Below are positions 35,800 to 45,633 of a stretch of 64,000 bases of DNA, one piece after another. A program made the position numbers and the translations under genes. The notes beneath the pieces are model-generated. The model ran no database searches. It had not been told where the DNA came from and was given only the letters and a program-made list of their open reading frames with translations. Origin of the DNA: an uncultured virus (IMG/VR IMGVR_UViG_3300028805_000054) (taxonomy: Duplodnaviria > Heunggongvirae > Uroviricota > Caudoviricetes); the IMG/VR virus record IMGVR_UViG_3300028805_000054; one strand, given 5' to 3'. Positions within the stretch are counted from its first letter, which is position 1; each line of letters begins with the position of its first letter.

Positions 35800-36140
35800 A
35801 ATAATTAAATTTAATTAATAACTTCATTCCCCTAAGGGAAGTTAGGCTCCCATCGTCAATGTTATTATGTGGTTTAATTGTTATCAACACTTTCCCTACC
35901 CCATAGGAATGTTTAATCAATAACCGTAGAGCTACAGACTTGGAAGAATTTACATCCGTAGGTACCTATTGTATAGAAGGTTGAATACAAAACAACTCCT
36001 CTACATTCACACATAACGTAGTTCATCTCTTTCTATCATCTCGTGATACATAGAGACTTCACTTAGACTAATCAGCATAGGGCATTTACATTCCCTCGAC
36101 CAGATATTTTTATAATATCGTTCAGTCGTGGGTTACTGAC
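34504..36140 (-). mobile_element. Non-autonomous IS200/IS605-family IscB (OMEGA) element
   Basis: Begins GTCAGTAACCCACGACTGAA on the minus strand; ends with subterminal hairpin CCCACAGCTAAAGCAGTGGG; no tnpA. Confidence 0.85.
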
Positions 36141-36160
36141 TTACTTGTAACATTATATTA
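35810..36160 (-). ncRNA. omega-RNA (HEARO-like) scaffold with 5' guide of about 16-20 nt (36141-~36160)
   Basis: Non-coding region upstream of iscB with typical motifs (GTCAGTAACCC, GATTAGTCTAAG, CTACGTTA, GCTCTACGG, ACATTGACGATGGG). Confidence 0.8.
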
Positions 36161-36164
36161 AAAC

Positions 36165-36175
36165 CAAATTTAAGG
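36165..36175 (-). promoter_or_regulatory. Promoter-like motif CCTTAAATTTG driving guide/omega-RNA
   Basis: Motif variant that also contains the Bacteroidota -7 consensus TAnnTTTG. Confidence 0.6.
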
Positions 36176-36209
36176 AGAAAGGAAACTATCCTCTCTCCGA
36201 TTTCACATT

Positions 36210-36791
36210 CTAGCACCAATCTTCCAAAACCAATTTTCCTTCGTAGATATCCCTGAGAGACTTTAGATCTCCCTTGAATAACATGATAGAGGCTTCAGAA
36301 TATTCGTGCGTTCCATATTCTACCATAGCCTGATGAAAAATATACTTCCTTTCCCCTGACATAGCTTTATACTCTGAGAAATCTTTTATAATACAAAGTT
36401 TTCTCTTATTCTTCACTGCTTCCTGTATATCCTTCTGTAGTTCTTCTTTCGGATAACCATGGAGAGGTATAAATTCGGTAGTCTTCAGTTCTTTCTTTAG
36501 GGCACATTCCAAGAAAGAGTTAATGATACCCTGAAAAACATTCATACTATTTTCATTTATCCCAATCGCCATCTTATTTTCCGAAGCCTTAATGATTGAT
36601 CCTCCATTATCTATTGGGAATGTGATTATGGCAGTTCTATCATTAAACCATTCAACTTCAGTATCTTTAGGAACACTAGGATTATCAGTGACCATGCCAG
36701 AGAAATTATTGAAATATCTCATCATCAAGTAAGTTTCAACACTTAAGGTAATTCTTCTCTTCTCTGGGTTATATCCAGGCTGTACATTCAT
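36210..36791 (-). CDS. hypothetical protein
   Basis: Follows promoter motif 36817-36827. Confidence 0.75.
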   Translation of the reverse strand: MNVQPGYNPEKRRITLSVETYLMMRYFNNFSGMVTDNPSVPKDTEVEWFNDRTAIITFPIDNGGSIIKASENKMAIGINENSMNVFQGIINSFLECALKKELKTTEFIPLHGYPKEELQKDIQEAVKNKRKLCIIKDFSEYKAMSGERKYIFHQAMVEYGTHEYSEASIMLFKGDLKSLRDIYEGKLVLEDWC

Positions 36792-36828
36792 AAGCTAAAC
36801 GATTTTTATTATTTAACATGTATAAGGA

Positions 36829-37425
36829 TTACAGGGGTCGGTTTACGTGATTTCTTATGTTTACCAAGAAATCGAAGACTCCCGGACTTTCTAAGGGTTT
36901 CATTTTTCTCATCTCCGCACATAAGGCTCTAAATTCTTTCTTCTGTACGCTTCCTTTTTCCAGGTGTGATATTCGGTAAGTCTTGATTCCTATTCCCTCC
37001 AAGTATAAATCTCTCAGTCCGTCTTTCTTACCGTTGTGATATTCCGAATCTAGTTCTACGGCAAGTCTTAGGGTGGGGAAATAATAGTCTAGGAGAAAGA
37101 AACCACCCTCTACTCCAGCCGTTCTTTTCAGATTCGAGATTACAACGGGGAATTCACGGACTACAACTAATGGATCCCAAAAGCCGATATTAATCAAGAA
37201 ATCAAAGAACTTAGCTTGGAGAGATCGTTTCTTTAGTTGCTTCATCCGGGTAAAACGTTTGATTGAAGTTGGGGATGGGTAGACTGTATTTTTGAAATTA
37301 TAGACTCTTCCCTTCTCAGACACCGAATAAACAGGATAAGGCTGCCATGGAATATCTGGGAAGGTGAAAGTCTCTAAGTAATTTTTCTCCTTCATATCTT
37401 CATTATAAAAAGAGAGGAGTGACAA
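36829..37425 (-). CDS. DUF559/Vsr-like PD-(D/E)xK endonuclease (start may be 37395)
   Basis: LLDYYFP..LAVELDSEYH...D..RD..L...GIKTYRI. Confidence 0.75.
   Translation of the reverse strand: MSLLSFYNEDMKEKNYLETFTFPDIPWQPYPVYSVSEKGRVYNFKNTVYPSPTSIKRFTRMKQLKKRSLQAKFFDFLINIGFWDPLVVVREFPVVISNLKRTAGVEGGFFLLDYYFPTLRLAVELDSEYHNGKKDGLRDLYLEGIGIKTYRISHLEKGSVQKKEFRALCAEMRKMKPLESPGVFDFLVNIRNHVNRPL
37016..37162. repeat. Ladder element 11 (inside CDS)
   Basis: agtccgt/acggact; ccgttgt/acaacgg; cgaatct/agattcg; acggc/gccgt; agggtgg/ccaccct. Confidence 0.88.
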
Positions 37426-37470
37426 CCTTTTCTTTAGATCATCACTTCCTCCTTTATTTAGTCTTTACTC

Positions 37471-39153
37471 TTAATTTACAGCCTTAACTTCGAATACACC
37501 AGGCTCAACCTCCACTGACTCATAACCTTCCTGAACGAACGATACTTCTCCACCAGGCTCTGACATAGAATGAGCAGGATCGAAACCATAGAATTTACCA
37601 CCAAATACCTTGATGTTAGCAGTTCCGGCAGTATAAGCATCGTCCTTACAGTTCAACAGATATTTCTTATCCTCAGTGCTAACCTTGAATTCACCACCAT
37701 AGATTTCAATGATACCCTTCTCAGCATATACAGCATGAGTTTGAGCAATGAAAATACCACCATAAATTTTCAGGTCACCAGTTGCATAAGCCTTCCAAAT
37801 ACCATAACCTTTCGGATTCTCCCAAATACCATTACCCTCAAAGTAAACATTAACAGCAGAACGAGTCAGACAAATAGCATTCTTGTTTTCACCTACCATA
37901 TAAGCATTGTTGTTGAATTTGTAATTACCAGAAGCAAAGGCACCAAAAACGATACAGTTGGTCGAAGTACAATCCTCAGTGATCTCATAAATACCAGGAT
38001 CACTAGTCAAGTCAGTACCTTCAGCGGGAACATATTTGGTATATGGCTTGATAGTACAGCCCTCAGCCAATTCTATCTCATCATAGTTCTGCTCAGGGAA
38101 ACAGTTATAAACAACCACATTACCTGAATTAACCTTTAGCTTATTAACATGACACTTAGCACCAATGTATAAGGTATGAGTAGAAACAGTTGCCTCTACC
38201 TCACCCCACTGACCATTCAAAGTAACAGTAGCACGAGGAGCAGTAATATTCAGACTCTCAAGAACAGTAGTATCCGAAGCATTCTGGATAGAGAGCTTGT
38301 TTGTGCTGTAGCTGATTACTTCTACAGGATCGTTCCAGTCAGCATTTACACTTAAGTTGCCCTTTCCTTCCAGTTCAGTGTCAAACGTTACAGACTGAAT
38401 CTTAGCACCTGAAGCACTTACTGTCTTAGAATTAGCCCATACATTGTTGAAATTACCCTTCAAAGTAATCGATGCATTCTCAGAGTTAATCACAATGTCA
38501 ACAGGATCACCAGTATTGTTAATGGTAATACTCTTTGCACCATCATTAGTAATTGTAGCACCATCCTGGAAAGCACTATTGATAGTTACAGCCTTTGGAG
38601 TCTCGGCAGGAATAGTTAGGTTGTTCGCAATACCATCCAAAGTAATAGAATAAGTTCCACCCTGTATCTGCTGCTCAACATTATCCTCAATTACTTGCTG
38701 CTCTGGGGTATTTTCATTCTCGGCAGGCTTCTCAGGACCAATTTTACCGTCGAGAGTAACAAAAACACTAATCACATCACTAATCTCAGAAGCGGGTTTA
38801 GAGACTGTGATATCTGTATTTCCTTCAGCGGTAGCATAAACAATACCATCCTGATTTATCCAAGCAACTTCAGGTTTAGAGCTCTCCCAACAGAGTTCCG
38901 GGAGATTAGCAAGTTCTGGATTCTGTTCTACATTCAATTTTACCGATCCACCAACCTGAAGAACAGGAGCAGGAGTGGTGATCTTAATACTTTCAAGCTT
39001 AGCGGGGTCATAAATCTCAGAATCTTTTTTCCAAGGTATAACATCATAAGCTTTTCTAGAAGCCATACCATTGTGAGATTTCTTTAGTACATCTTCCGGA
39101 GTCACACCAGTTTCGTACAAGTTAACCTCAGGCTCATTAATCATTTCATCCAT
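37471..39153 (-). CDS. Ig-like (Big_2) domain protein with beta-rich C-terminus, probable virion/structural protein
   Basis: LQVGGSVKL...WESSKPEVA.I...G.V.A..EG...ITV; repeated IxIYGGxF strands. Confidence 0.7.
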   Translation of the reverse strand: MDEMINEPEVNLYETGVTPEDVLKKSHNGMASRKAYDVIPWKKDSEIYDPAKLESIKITTPAPVLQVGGSVKLNVEQNPELANLPELCWESSKPEVAWINQDGIVYATAEGNTDITVSKPASEISDVISVFVTLDGKIGPEKPAENENTPEQQVIEDNVEQQIQGGTYSITLDGIANNLTIPAETPKAVTINSAFQDGATITNDGAKSITINNTGDPVDIVINSENASITLKGNFNNVWANSKTVSASGAKIQSVTFDTELEGKGNLSVNADWNDPVEVISYSTNKLSIQNASDTTVLESLNITAPRATVTLNGQWGEVEATVSTHTLYIGAKCHVNKLKVNSGNVVVYNCFPEQNYDEIELAEGCTIKPYTKYVPAEGTDLTSDPGIYEITEDCTSTNCIVFGAFASGNYKFNNNAYMVGENKNAICLTRSAVNVYFEGNGIWENPKGYGIWKAYATGDLKIYGGIFIAQTHAVYAEKGIIEIYGGEFKVSTEDKKYLLNCKDDAYTAGTANIKVFGGKFYGFDPAHSMSEPGGEVSFVQEGYESVEVEPGVFEVKAVN

Positions 39154-39242
39154 ATTTTTATCGCGATTTTATGGGTTACAAAAAAGAGAGAACCAGACTT
39201 ATATCTAGTTTCTCTCTATCAATTCTTATTCTTCTCTCGTTA

Positions 39243-39842
39243 TTAAGGATTTGAGGTCTCTTCCGACGTGAAATCCGGCTTTGGAGTAGGTTTCCAATTA
39301 GTTAAGAAATCTGGCCCCTCTATCTTAGAAATCAATTCCGCTGAGTATGCAAGTTGTACTAAACAATCCTTACACATACAGACACTTGATTCGCTCGATA
39401 TGAAAGCAAGTGATTCATCTTCCGGGTCCATATTTTTGTCATGTGATCCAACATAGAATACAGGTTTGCCACATATAGGACACTTATCTTCTCCTTCTCC
39501 TGCCACCGAACTTATTGTCTCTGGTTTCTCAATAAAAGCATGCATCAGGTGTCTCATAAATCTACCATATTGAAGACTCCTATAAGCTTCCACCAAGATA
39601 CAGGCTTCCTCAGGATTTACGGATATCAAACCCTTAATGTCTATTCCATGAGATTTCCGATAGTTCATTATAATACTAGGCAATTCATAGTCCCCAATTT
39701 TTCTCGGGTAACAATAGGAATAGACTAGTAGCTTATCAATATCTCCAATCTTCTGAGAACCCATTATCAACTCTTTCCCTTTCTCCTCATCTATCCCACT
39801 CTTCAGGAGATAGTCGGTAAAAACACTTAATTCTTCAACCAT
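39243..39842 (-). CDS. hypothetical Zn-binding protein
   Basis: CPIC...CKDC. Confidence 0.7.
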   Translation of the reverse strand: MVEELSVFTDYLLKSGIDEEKGKELIMGSQKIGDIDKLLVYSYCYPRKIGDYELPSIIMNYRKSHGIDIKGLISVNPEEACILVEAYRSLQYGRFMRHLMHAFIEKPETISSVAGEGEDKCPICGKPVFYVGSHDKNMDPEDESLAFISSESSVCMCKDCLVQLAYSAELISKIEGPDFLTNWKPTPKPDFTSEETSNP

Positions 39843-40038
39843 AGTATTGTGTAAAGTAAGATGGACAAACTGTATTTTCCTGTTTTGTCTTCTTCAGATT
39901 TACCACCTTAATGATATCAACCTTCTGAGTTTTCTCTTTCTCTTTCTCAGGTTCTCCAATAACTTTCACTGATATCAATTCTTCTCTCAATGCATCTGGC
40001 CTTACAAAACCAACTTCTGTTTCAATAATATTCTTCAT
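39835..40038 (-). CDS. hypothetical protein
   Basis: Follows promoter motif 40058-40068. Confidence 0.6.
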   Translation of the reverse strand: MKNIIETEVGFVRPDALREELISVKVIGEPEKEKEKTQKVDIIKVVNLKKTKQENTVCPSYFTQYYG

Positions 40039-40054
40039 TTTGTTTTAGATTTTA

Positions 40055-40351
40055 CTACATATATAAGGATGTCGGGGCCTCTTGAAAGATATGTACCTCT
40101 GTGATCTTATGAAAACCCGAGACAGGAGTAGGGAGACGTGTAGTGAGGGAATTCCAACCAGGCCATCCAGAATATAGAAGGTCAGGTCTAGGGTCTCCGT
40201 CTTTTATGTGATTTGGGGTAGGGAAATAACCAGAATTCTTTTCTATCTCCTTTACCAAACCCCACATCTCGAAGGCTTCACGTTCTCCAATCTCAGTCAA
40301 CCAGCAACTTTCCTCGCCTTCTCTCGCATCTACTTTTATAAGAATGTACAT
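40055..40351 (-). CDS. hypothetical protein
   Basis: Operon ORF. Confidence 0.65.
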   Translation of the reverse strand: MYILIKVDAREGEESCWLTEIGEREAFEMWGLVKEIEKNSGYFPTPNHIKDGDPRPDLLYSGWPGWNSLTTRLPTPVSGFHKITEVHIFQEAPTSLYM

Positions 40352-41607
40352 GTTTTTGCTAACTCTTTAAATTTATCTTCTCCAATATAATCAAGAACAT
40401 TATAAACATCACATCCATAATATCGGTAGATAGGTTTATTGTTCTTTATATAGGTTAACAATTTCTCTGGATTTTGTGCTGTTGAGAGATCCATTTGGGG
40501 TGTTGAAGATCCATAACTTCTTCCTCTCTTACCTCTAACGTAGGATTCAATTTTATCCTTCATCTCTTTATCCAACTTCTTCTTATCTTCCTCCTTAAGA
40601 TCATCATACTTAACCAATAATTCATGTCCAGTCACTTTTGGATATCGAGTTGTATAGAAGTCAGTAATCAAAGTTTTCATATCTTTCTCATCGTCCTCAA
40701 AGATTTTCTCAATTTCTATAGCTGAATGTGTAGATCTTCTCATAGTCCTTAGATTATTTCTATAGACTCCATAACCATTAATGGCGAGGTAAGATAAGTA
40801 GGAGATAATGAATACAGAAATCCAACCATTCTTTGCTTCTTTCAATAAATCTTTCTCATCTTGTCCTAGGTTTGTTGTGTCTAAGATTAAGGCTAAAGTT
40901 TCCGAGGTTTTATTTACAGTACAAGAGAATCCGGTAGGTAGAGAATCACCAAAGCCACTTCCATATGCAGGTCTTAGCCACCCTCCCTTGATATCTCCCA
41001 AGTAAATAAAGGTTCTTTCTGTCTTTGTAACGTACTGATAACCTACCTTCCACTTAGTAGTTCCTTTACCTTCCGAAATAATCTTGCCTATTCCTTTCCC
41101 CTCTTCCATCTTTTTATCGGACGGGTCTTCTATATCAAAAACAGTATGCCAAATTCCTGAAGTACCACTAACATGAATACAACAGAATTTACCAGACAAT
41201 TCCCCTTCCAATATATTTCTAGACTTAGCCATCAGAGAGACTAGATTTCTACTTTCCATATAGGTAGCAATTGTAAAAGGATATTTGGCCAATTCCGGAT
41301 GCTCAAGTTTTACTAGATGAACATCACAGTAAGATTTGGCGTAATAGTGATAACGTGGTTCTTCATAATTTGGGAATAATGAAATTGTAAAACCTGAATT
41401 TGGAATCACTACTTTCTCCCATACTATCTTATTACCCTTCGGAAGAAACATATCTTTGTATCTGATATACTCCTTATCCTTTCTCCACTTCAGGGTATCA
41501 ATCGGAAGAACTACCACTATTCCTTTTGATCCAACCATTCCCCAACTTTCCATAGTCGGTAACATCATCGCAACATTTTTTCCGATGCTTTTCATATTTA
41601 ATTTCAT
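40336..41607 (-). CDS. hypothetical protein
   Basis: 423-aa ORF after promoter motif 41647-41657. Confidence 0.8.
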   Translation of the reverse strand: MKLNMKSIGKNVAMMLPTMESWGMVGSKGIVVVLPIDTLKWRKDKEYIRYKDMFLPKGNKIVWEKVVIPNSGFTISLFPNYEEPRYHYYAKSYCDVHLVKLEHPELAKYPFTIATYMESRNLVSLMAKSRNILEGELSGKFCCIHVSGTSGIWHTVFDIEDPSDKKMEEGKGIGKIISEGKGTTKWKVGYQYVTKTERTFIYLGDIKGGWLRPAYGSGFGDSLPTGFSCTVNKTSETLALILDTTNLGQDEKDLLKEAKNGWISVFIISYLSYLAINGYGVYRNNLRTMRRSTHSAIEIEKIFEDDEKDMKTLITDFYTTRYPKVTGHELLVKYDDLKEEDKKKLDKEMKDKIESYVRGKRGRSYGSSTPQMDLSTAQNPEKLLTYIKNNKPIYRYYGCDVYNVLDYIGEDKFKELAKTCTFL

Positions 41608-41646
41608 TTCTTAACCCTCCCTTCATTATCTGAGGAGGGCTTTTTG

Positions 41647-41677
41647 CATTAATAAGGATTTGAAACTCTTATTAGTG
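41647..41677. promoter_or_regulatory. Back-to-back promoter motifs
   Basis: cattaataagg (minus) / tcttattagtg (plus). Confidence 0.65.
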
Positions 41678-41695
41678 TGAAAAGAATATAAAAAT

Positions 41696-41989
41696 ATGAA
41701 TAAAAATCAAAAAGTAACGTTATTTAGGGCGATCTTAAAGTCAGTATTCATCTTTATTACCGTCTCCTTTATTTTCTGGGGCGGTTGGAATTTAGTGTTT
41801 GTTGAGGAGCTTGAAATAGGGAATAAAGTTGAGGTTGAGAGATTTTGGGTGTTTGGTTTTCCTACTCTCCTGTTCTTCTACTTTCTCCGTCTCTTATCTC
41901 CTGCTTGGTTTGTTCTGCTTAAGGTATCCGATTTTATCATTTACACTATGATCATCCTCGCGTGGTTAGCTTTGATTTGGTGGTTGTAA
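41696..41989 (+). CDS. membrane protein
   Basis: Three hydrophobic segments. Confidence 0.65.
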   Translation: MNKNQKVTLFRAILKSVFIFITVSFIFWGGWNLVFVEELEIGNKVEVERFWVFGFPTLLFFYFLRLLSPAWFVLLKVSDFIIYTMIILAWLALIWWL

Positions 41990-42062
41990 AGAGAAATCTG
42001 GACACACGACTTTAATTCTTCCTTCGGGTTGGGTTTAGGTCGTGTTTTTATTATCACGCGAG
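41957..42062. repeat. Small ladder element 12 abutting promoter 42065-42075
   Basis: ctcgcgtg/cacgcgag enclosing acacgac/gtcgtgt (inner hairpin may double as a terminator). Confidence 0.6.
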
Positions 42063-42101
42063 ATCCTTAATAGTGTGGAAATCAAAATCGGGAAATAAAA
42101 A

Positions 42102-42884
42102 TTGAATCAGAATATGGAATACAAGTTTACAGATTTCATGAAGAGCCTAACGGGAAAATTAGACTCAATACACGGAAATAGAGGAAATGTGCCGGAAGAT
42201 AGTTATTACCTTTACGAAATGGATCTTAAAGCAGATGCCACAGAGTTAGAGAAAGCAGAACATATAGCAAAAGAAAAACTCTGGCTGGTTGATAAGGGAG
42301 AATCTTTTGTGTATGATTTTATGAGAGGGCACAATGGAGAAGACTTAGGAAACGGAGACGAGAGATATAATTTTGAACAAGACGTTAGATTTTATTGTTT
42401 GAGAGGACTTGGAATTTATATGAATGTTCGTCGTATTGTTCTCCCTCCAAAGAAAACCGTTGAAGTTGGGAAAACAAAAAGGTTATATGTACTAAGAGAC
42501 GGAAGAGAATTTTGGAAAACACCATCTCTTCTATTCCCATCCTCTCCTAAAGATTTGTTGAAGTGGTTGAGAAAGAAAAAGAAAATTAGTTTAGGGAAAG
42601 ATACGGAAATTTGGAATCACAACGAAACTCTTGATACGATGGTCCATACTTATACCCCCATGAAGAATATTAAGAGTGAAGAAGATTTGTCAGATTATAA
42701 TGTATGGATTGAAACCGAATATAGGGACTGGATTGAGAACGTTCATAATAAATTTTGGACTAGAGTGTGTGTAATGGATAAATCTAAGGCGGTAAAAATT
42801 AATCCAAAAGAGCTAAAGATTACACAAGAAGATATCACCCAATTTGTAATTGACTATAATAATCGCTTTAAGATTGAGAGATGA
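42102..42884 (+). CDS. hypothetical protein
   Basis: 260-aa ORF. Confidence 0.75.
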   Translation: MNQNMEYKFTDFMKSLTGKLDSIHGNRGNVPEDSYYLYEMDLKADATELEKAEHIAKEKLWLVDKGESFVYDFMRGHNGEDLGNGDERYNFEQDVRFYCLRGLGIYMNVRRIVLPPKKTVEVGKTKRLYVLRDGREFWKTPSLLFPSSPKDLLKWLRKKKKISLGKDTEIWNHNETLDTMVHTYTPMKNIKSEEDLSDYNVWIETEYRDWIENVHNKFWTRVCVMDKSKAVKINPKELKITQEDITQFVIDYNNRFKIER

Positions 42885-42980
42885 CTGGCCTTTAATTGGG
42901 CTGGTCTTCTTTTTGGTTAAATTGATGAAACGCACTCCTCAAACCCTGACAACCTTATATAAGTAATAAACTTAAAAAAT

Positions 42981-43667
42981 ATGAAAACAAGACAAGAAAT
43001 ATTGAAAGAAAGATATGGATTTGATAAAGGTTCATATCAGTACGTTCCTAGAGGTGCTGAGATTTTGAAGATGATCGGCCAAAATGTGATAAAGGTAGAG
43101 TATGATAAAAAAGAAGATGGAACTTGGGATACTCACTTTGGACCTGCTTTCTTAGTTTCTATCTCTGACTTTGATCCGGTAAACATGTCTTATAAATGTG
43201 TCTATCGTGAATCAATCGAGGGAGGAGATCAAGAATTTAGAATGATTCCAGAAGGTTATTCCTGGGCAGATTCAGAGGATGTAACTCATATTATTCGACT
43301 TCTTCCTGGTTCTATGCATTGTCAACTTATGGAAGATGAACTTTTCTATGGGAGGATGAAGCAGTTGTGGGAGACAAGAGATACCTTAGACTTTACTGCT
43401 CTCGCCGGTTTAGCCTCTTCAAAAGATAAGGATACAACTCTCAGATATTCTCGTCATCTCGCTTGCTTGATTCGTCTAGAGGGTGAGGAGAACGTACTAT
43501 ATTTCAGAATTCATAAGCTGGGTCTAAAACATAAGGCTGGTAAACAATATGCACTTTCTTTGTGGGATGGTGAAGATAATCCGGTAAAGGCATTGATAGA
43601 GAGTGACCAGAAAGAATATGATTTTGAACTCGGAACAGGAACTTTTAAAATTATTGATCTATGTTAG
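42981..43667 (+). CDS. hypothetical protein
   Basis: After promoter motif 42953-42963. Confidence 0.75.
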   Translation: MKTRQEILKERYGFDKGSYQYVPRGAEILKMIGQNVIKVEYDKKEDGTWDTHFGPAFLVSISDFDPVNMSYKCVYRESIEGGDQEFRMIPEGYSWADSEDVTHIIRLLPGSMHCQLMEDELFYGRMKQLWETRDTLDFTALAGLASSKDKDTTLRYSRHLACLIRLEGEENVLYFRIHKLGLKHKAGKQYALSLWDGEDNPVKALIESDQKEYDFELGTGTFKIIDLC

Positions 43668-44011
43668 AAGCGAATCAAATCGAAATTCCCGACATGATTT
43701 TTCAAGGTTGGGAAGAGCCAGAAGCAATTGAGGTGTTTTACTATAGCGATCCGGAGACAGGAAATAAAGTATCATCTGGTTTCTCCGTGACTTTTCCAAT
43801 TTCTAAGGAGGGATTAATGACCGATGAATTCTTGGATAAACTGGAGAAAATAAATCTAGAGAAAGTAATTTTAGTGGATCATAATGAGGGGATTGGAGAC
43901 TTGGAGACAACTTACTTAGGCCTAACAAGTTCTGGAGTTGAGGTTGAAGATTCTATTACCTTTAGCTTCTCCTCTGAATCATCCCTCACTTATATTAAAC
44001 CTGCATTCTAA
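43661..44011 (+). CDS. hypothetical protein
   Basis: Operon ORF. Confidence 0.65.
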   Translation: MLEANQIEIPDMIFQGWEEPEAIEVFYYSDPETGNKVSSGFSVTFPISKEGLMTDEFLDKLEKINLEKVILVDHNEGIGDLETTYLGLTSSGVEVEDSITFSFSSESSLTYIKPAF

Positions 44012-44015
44012 AAAT

Positions 44016-44285
44016 ATGAGGGTAGTCAAAGAAAGATATAAGCTAGTATTGAGAGAGCCAGATAAAGATGAAAAAATATTGTGGAAAGGAAGTAAGAGGG
44101 AGTGTGAAAAGAAAAAACTCGATTTTAGCTTCTCCCATAATAAAGAGTGGCTGGTTATCGAAGAAGGGGATCCAGAAGTTAAAGAAGTTGGAATTGGATT
44201 GTCGAGTATCTTAGGATTTTTGGCTATAGCAAGTTTAATGTATCTTAGTTGGTTTAATGAAAAGAAAATACATATTACTGATTAA
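44016..44285 (+). CDS. C-terminally anchored membrane protein
   Basis: Start at MRVVKE; C-terminal TM. Confidence 0.6.
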   Translation: MRVVKERYKLVLREPDKDEKILWKGSKRECEKKKLDFSFSHNKEWLVIEEGDPEVKEVGIGLSSILGFLAIASLMYLSWFNEKKIHITD

Positions 44286-44538
44286 CGACGAACAGGCTGG
44301 AACTGTTTGTTGGAAGGGAGAAGGAACGGTTGGCCAAGTTAAGGGTGATATAGAGGAACTGGTAGGAAAGGAAGGTATCGAGCCAGAAATGCTTGAGGTT
44401 ATTCCCGTTATAGGTTCTCGTCTAGATCCTTGGAAAATTGGTGCTGTTCTTGGATTGATGGGTTTAATAGCAGCAGTAGGTTATGAAAGTCTACGTAAAA
44501 GAGCTAGGGAAAGACGAAGAGAACATCCAAGTACTTAA
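44257..44538 (+). CDS. C-terminally anchored membrane protein
   Basis: Same layout as the preceding gene. Confidence 0.6.
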   Translation: MKRKYILLINDEQAGTVCWKGEGTVGQVKGDIEELVGKEGIEPEMLEVIPVIGSRLDPWKIGAVLGLMGLIAAVGYESLRKRARERRREHPST

Positions 44539-44911
44539 CACCTCGACCGACAAATTCTTCATGCCTCGGATTGGGGATAATGTGCTGGTTTCTTATACGG
44601 TTGTCAAGGTAGAGTGGATTTCGTTCAGAAGCGGGAATGAGACAGCAGTTATATGGGTTGTCAAAAGAAAAGATAATCTAGTAAAGGTGACTGTTATGGA
44701 GAGGCTGAAAGATGGATTCCGAAAAACTAAAGATCGATTATTGGTAGAAACAAGCATAGAAAGAACCCAACTACCTGAAGCTCTTATCCCTAGAATTTCT
44801 GAAAGAATGGAAGTTGAGGGAAGAGTATATGAGGTTTTGGAAGTTACAAAGGTCGGTAGTTTATTCAATTTTAGTGAACTTAGGGTAGTTGTTCATGAGA
44901 TATCCGGATAA
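44483..44911 (+). CDS. hypothetical protein with internal PRI duplication
   Basis: MPRIGD / IPRISE. Confidence 0.65.
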   Translation: MKVYVKELGKDEENIQVLNTSTDKFFMPRIGDNVLVSYTVVKVEWISFRSGNETAVIWVVKRKDNLVKVTVMERLKDGFRKTKDRLLVETSIERTQLPEALIPRISERMEVEGRVYEVLEVTKVGSLFNFSELRVVVHEISG

Positions 44912-45120
44912 TCAAGGTCAGAAGTTTGGTTGTCAGGTTAGTGGATGTTTAGCTTGGTTGTTTATTCTGTTTATCCTACTTTGCATATTCAGAACAACCA
45001 TAACTATACAACGTGAGAGTCCTTGGGTTAAGATTGAGTTTAGGAGTTTTTGATGTGTTTTGTTCCAGGCCTTCATTTTATAACGATGGGGACCTGGATT
45101 TTACTTTTGAAAAAAAGATT

Positions 45121-45633
45121 ATGGATAAATTTTTAAAAGATTTATGTTATCGTCTTCCATATCGGCTTAGAGGAAGATTGGAAGATACAGAAGGAGAATT
45201 AGTGGGAATAAATCTTAAGGACCCACAGAAACCTACCGTAGATGTCTTAGTCCCAGGTTTTAAATCTCCCTGGACTTGTGACTATACTATGTTTCACCCT
45301 TTCCTCAAACCACTATTCCCTACTATCTATGAGAAACAACCCGATGGAAGAGTACCTTGGCTTGAATATAAGAAAAGATGGTACGATGAAGGGTTAATTG
45401 GGACTGGAAAAACTGGATCCGAATTTCTGAATAATTTGGTGAGCTGGGAATTCAAAAGAAAACAGGATAAGTGGTGGCATTTTGAAGGGAAGATAAGATA
45501 CGGCGATAAGGTTGGTGATATCTTTGAAACTGCTACCTTCTATCATCACCTCGCTTATCAAGTTGCCTACGAGATGGGAATTGATGTGAACAGTTTGATT
45601 GATGAAGGGAGAGCTATCTTATGGACACACTAA
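45121..45633 (+). CDS. hypothetical phage protein (KDLCxRLPY family)
   Basis: Start MDKFLKDLCYRLPY; C-terminal D.N.LI..G.AI. Confidence 0.7.
   Translation: MDKFLKDLCYRLPYRLRGRLEDTEGELVGINLKDPQKPTVDVLVPGFKSPWTCDYTMFHPFLKPLFPTIYEKQPDGRVPWLEYKKRWYDEGLIGTGKTGSEFLNNLVSWEFKRKQDKWWHFEGKIRYGDKVGDIFETATFYHHLAYQVAYEMGIDVNSLIDEGRAILWTH

Noticed and set aside
37570..39087. Long plus-strand ORFs antisense to the Ig-domain gene (and other antisense track ORFs)
   Set aside because: Shadow ORFs caused by codon bias of the real opposite-strand gene; no motifs or expression signals.
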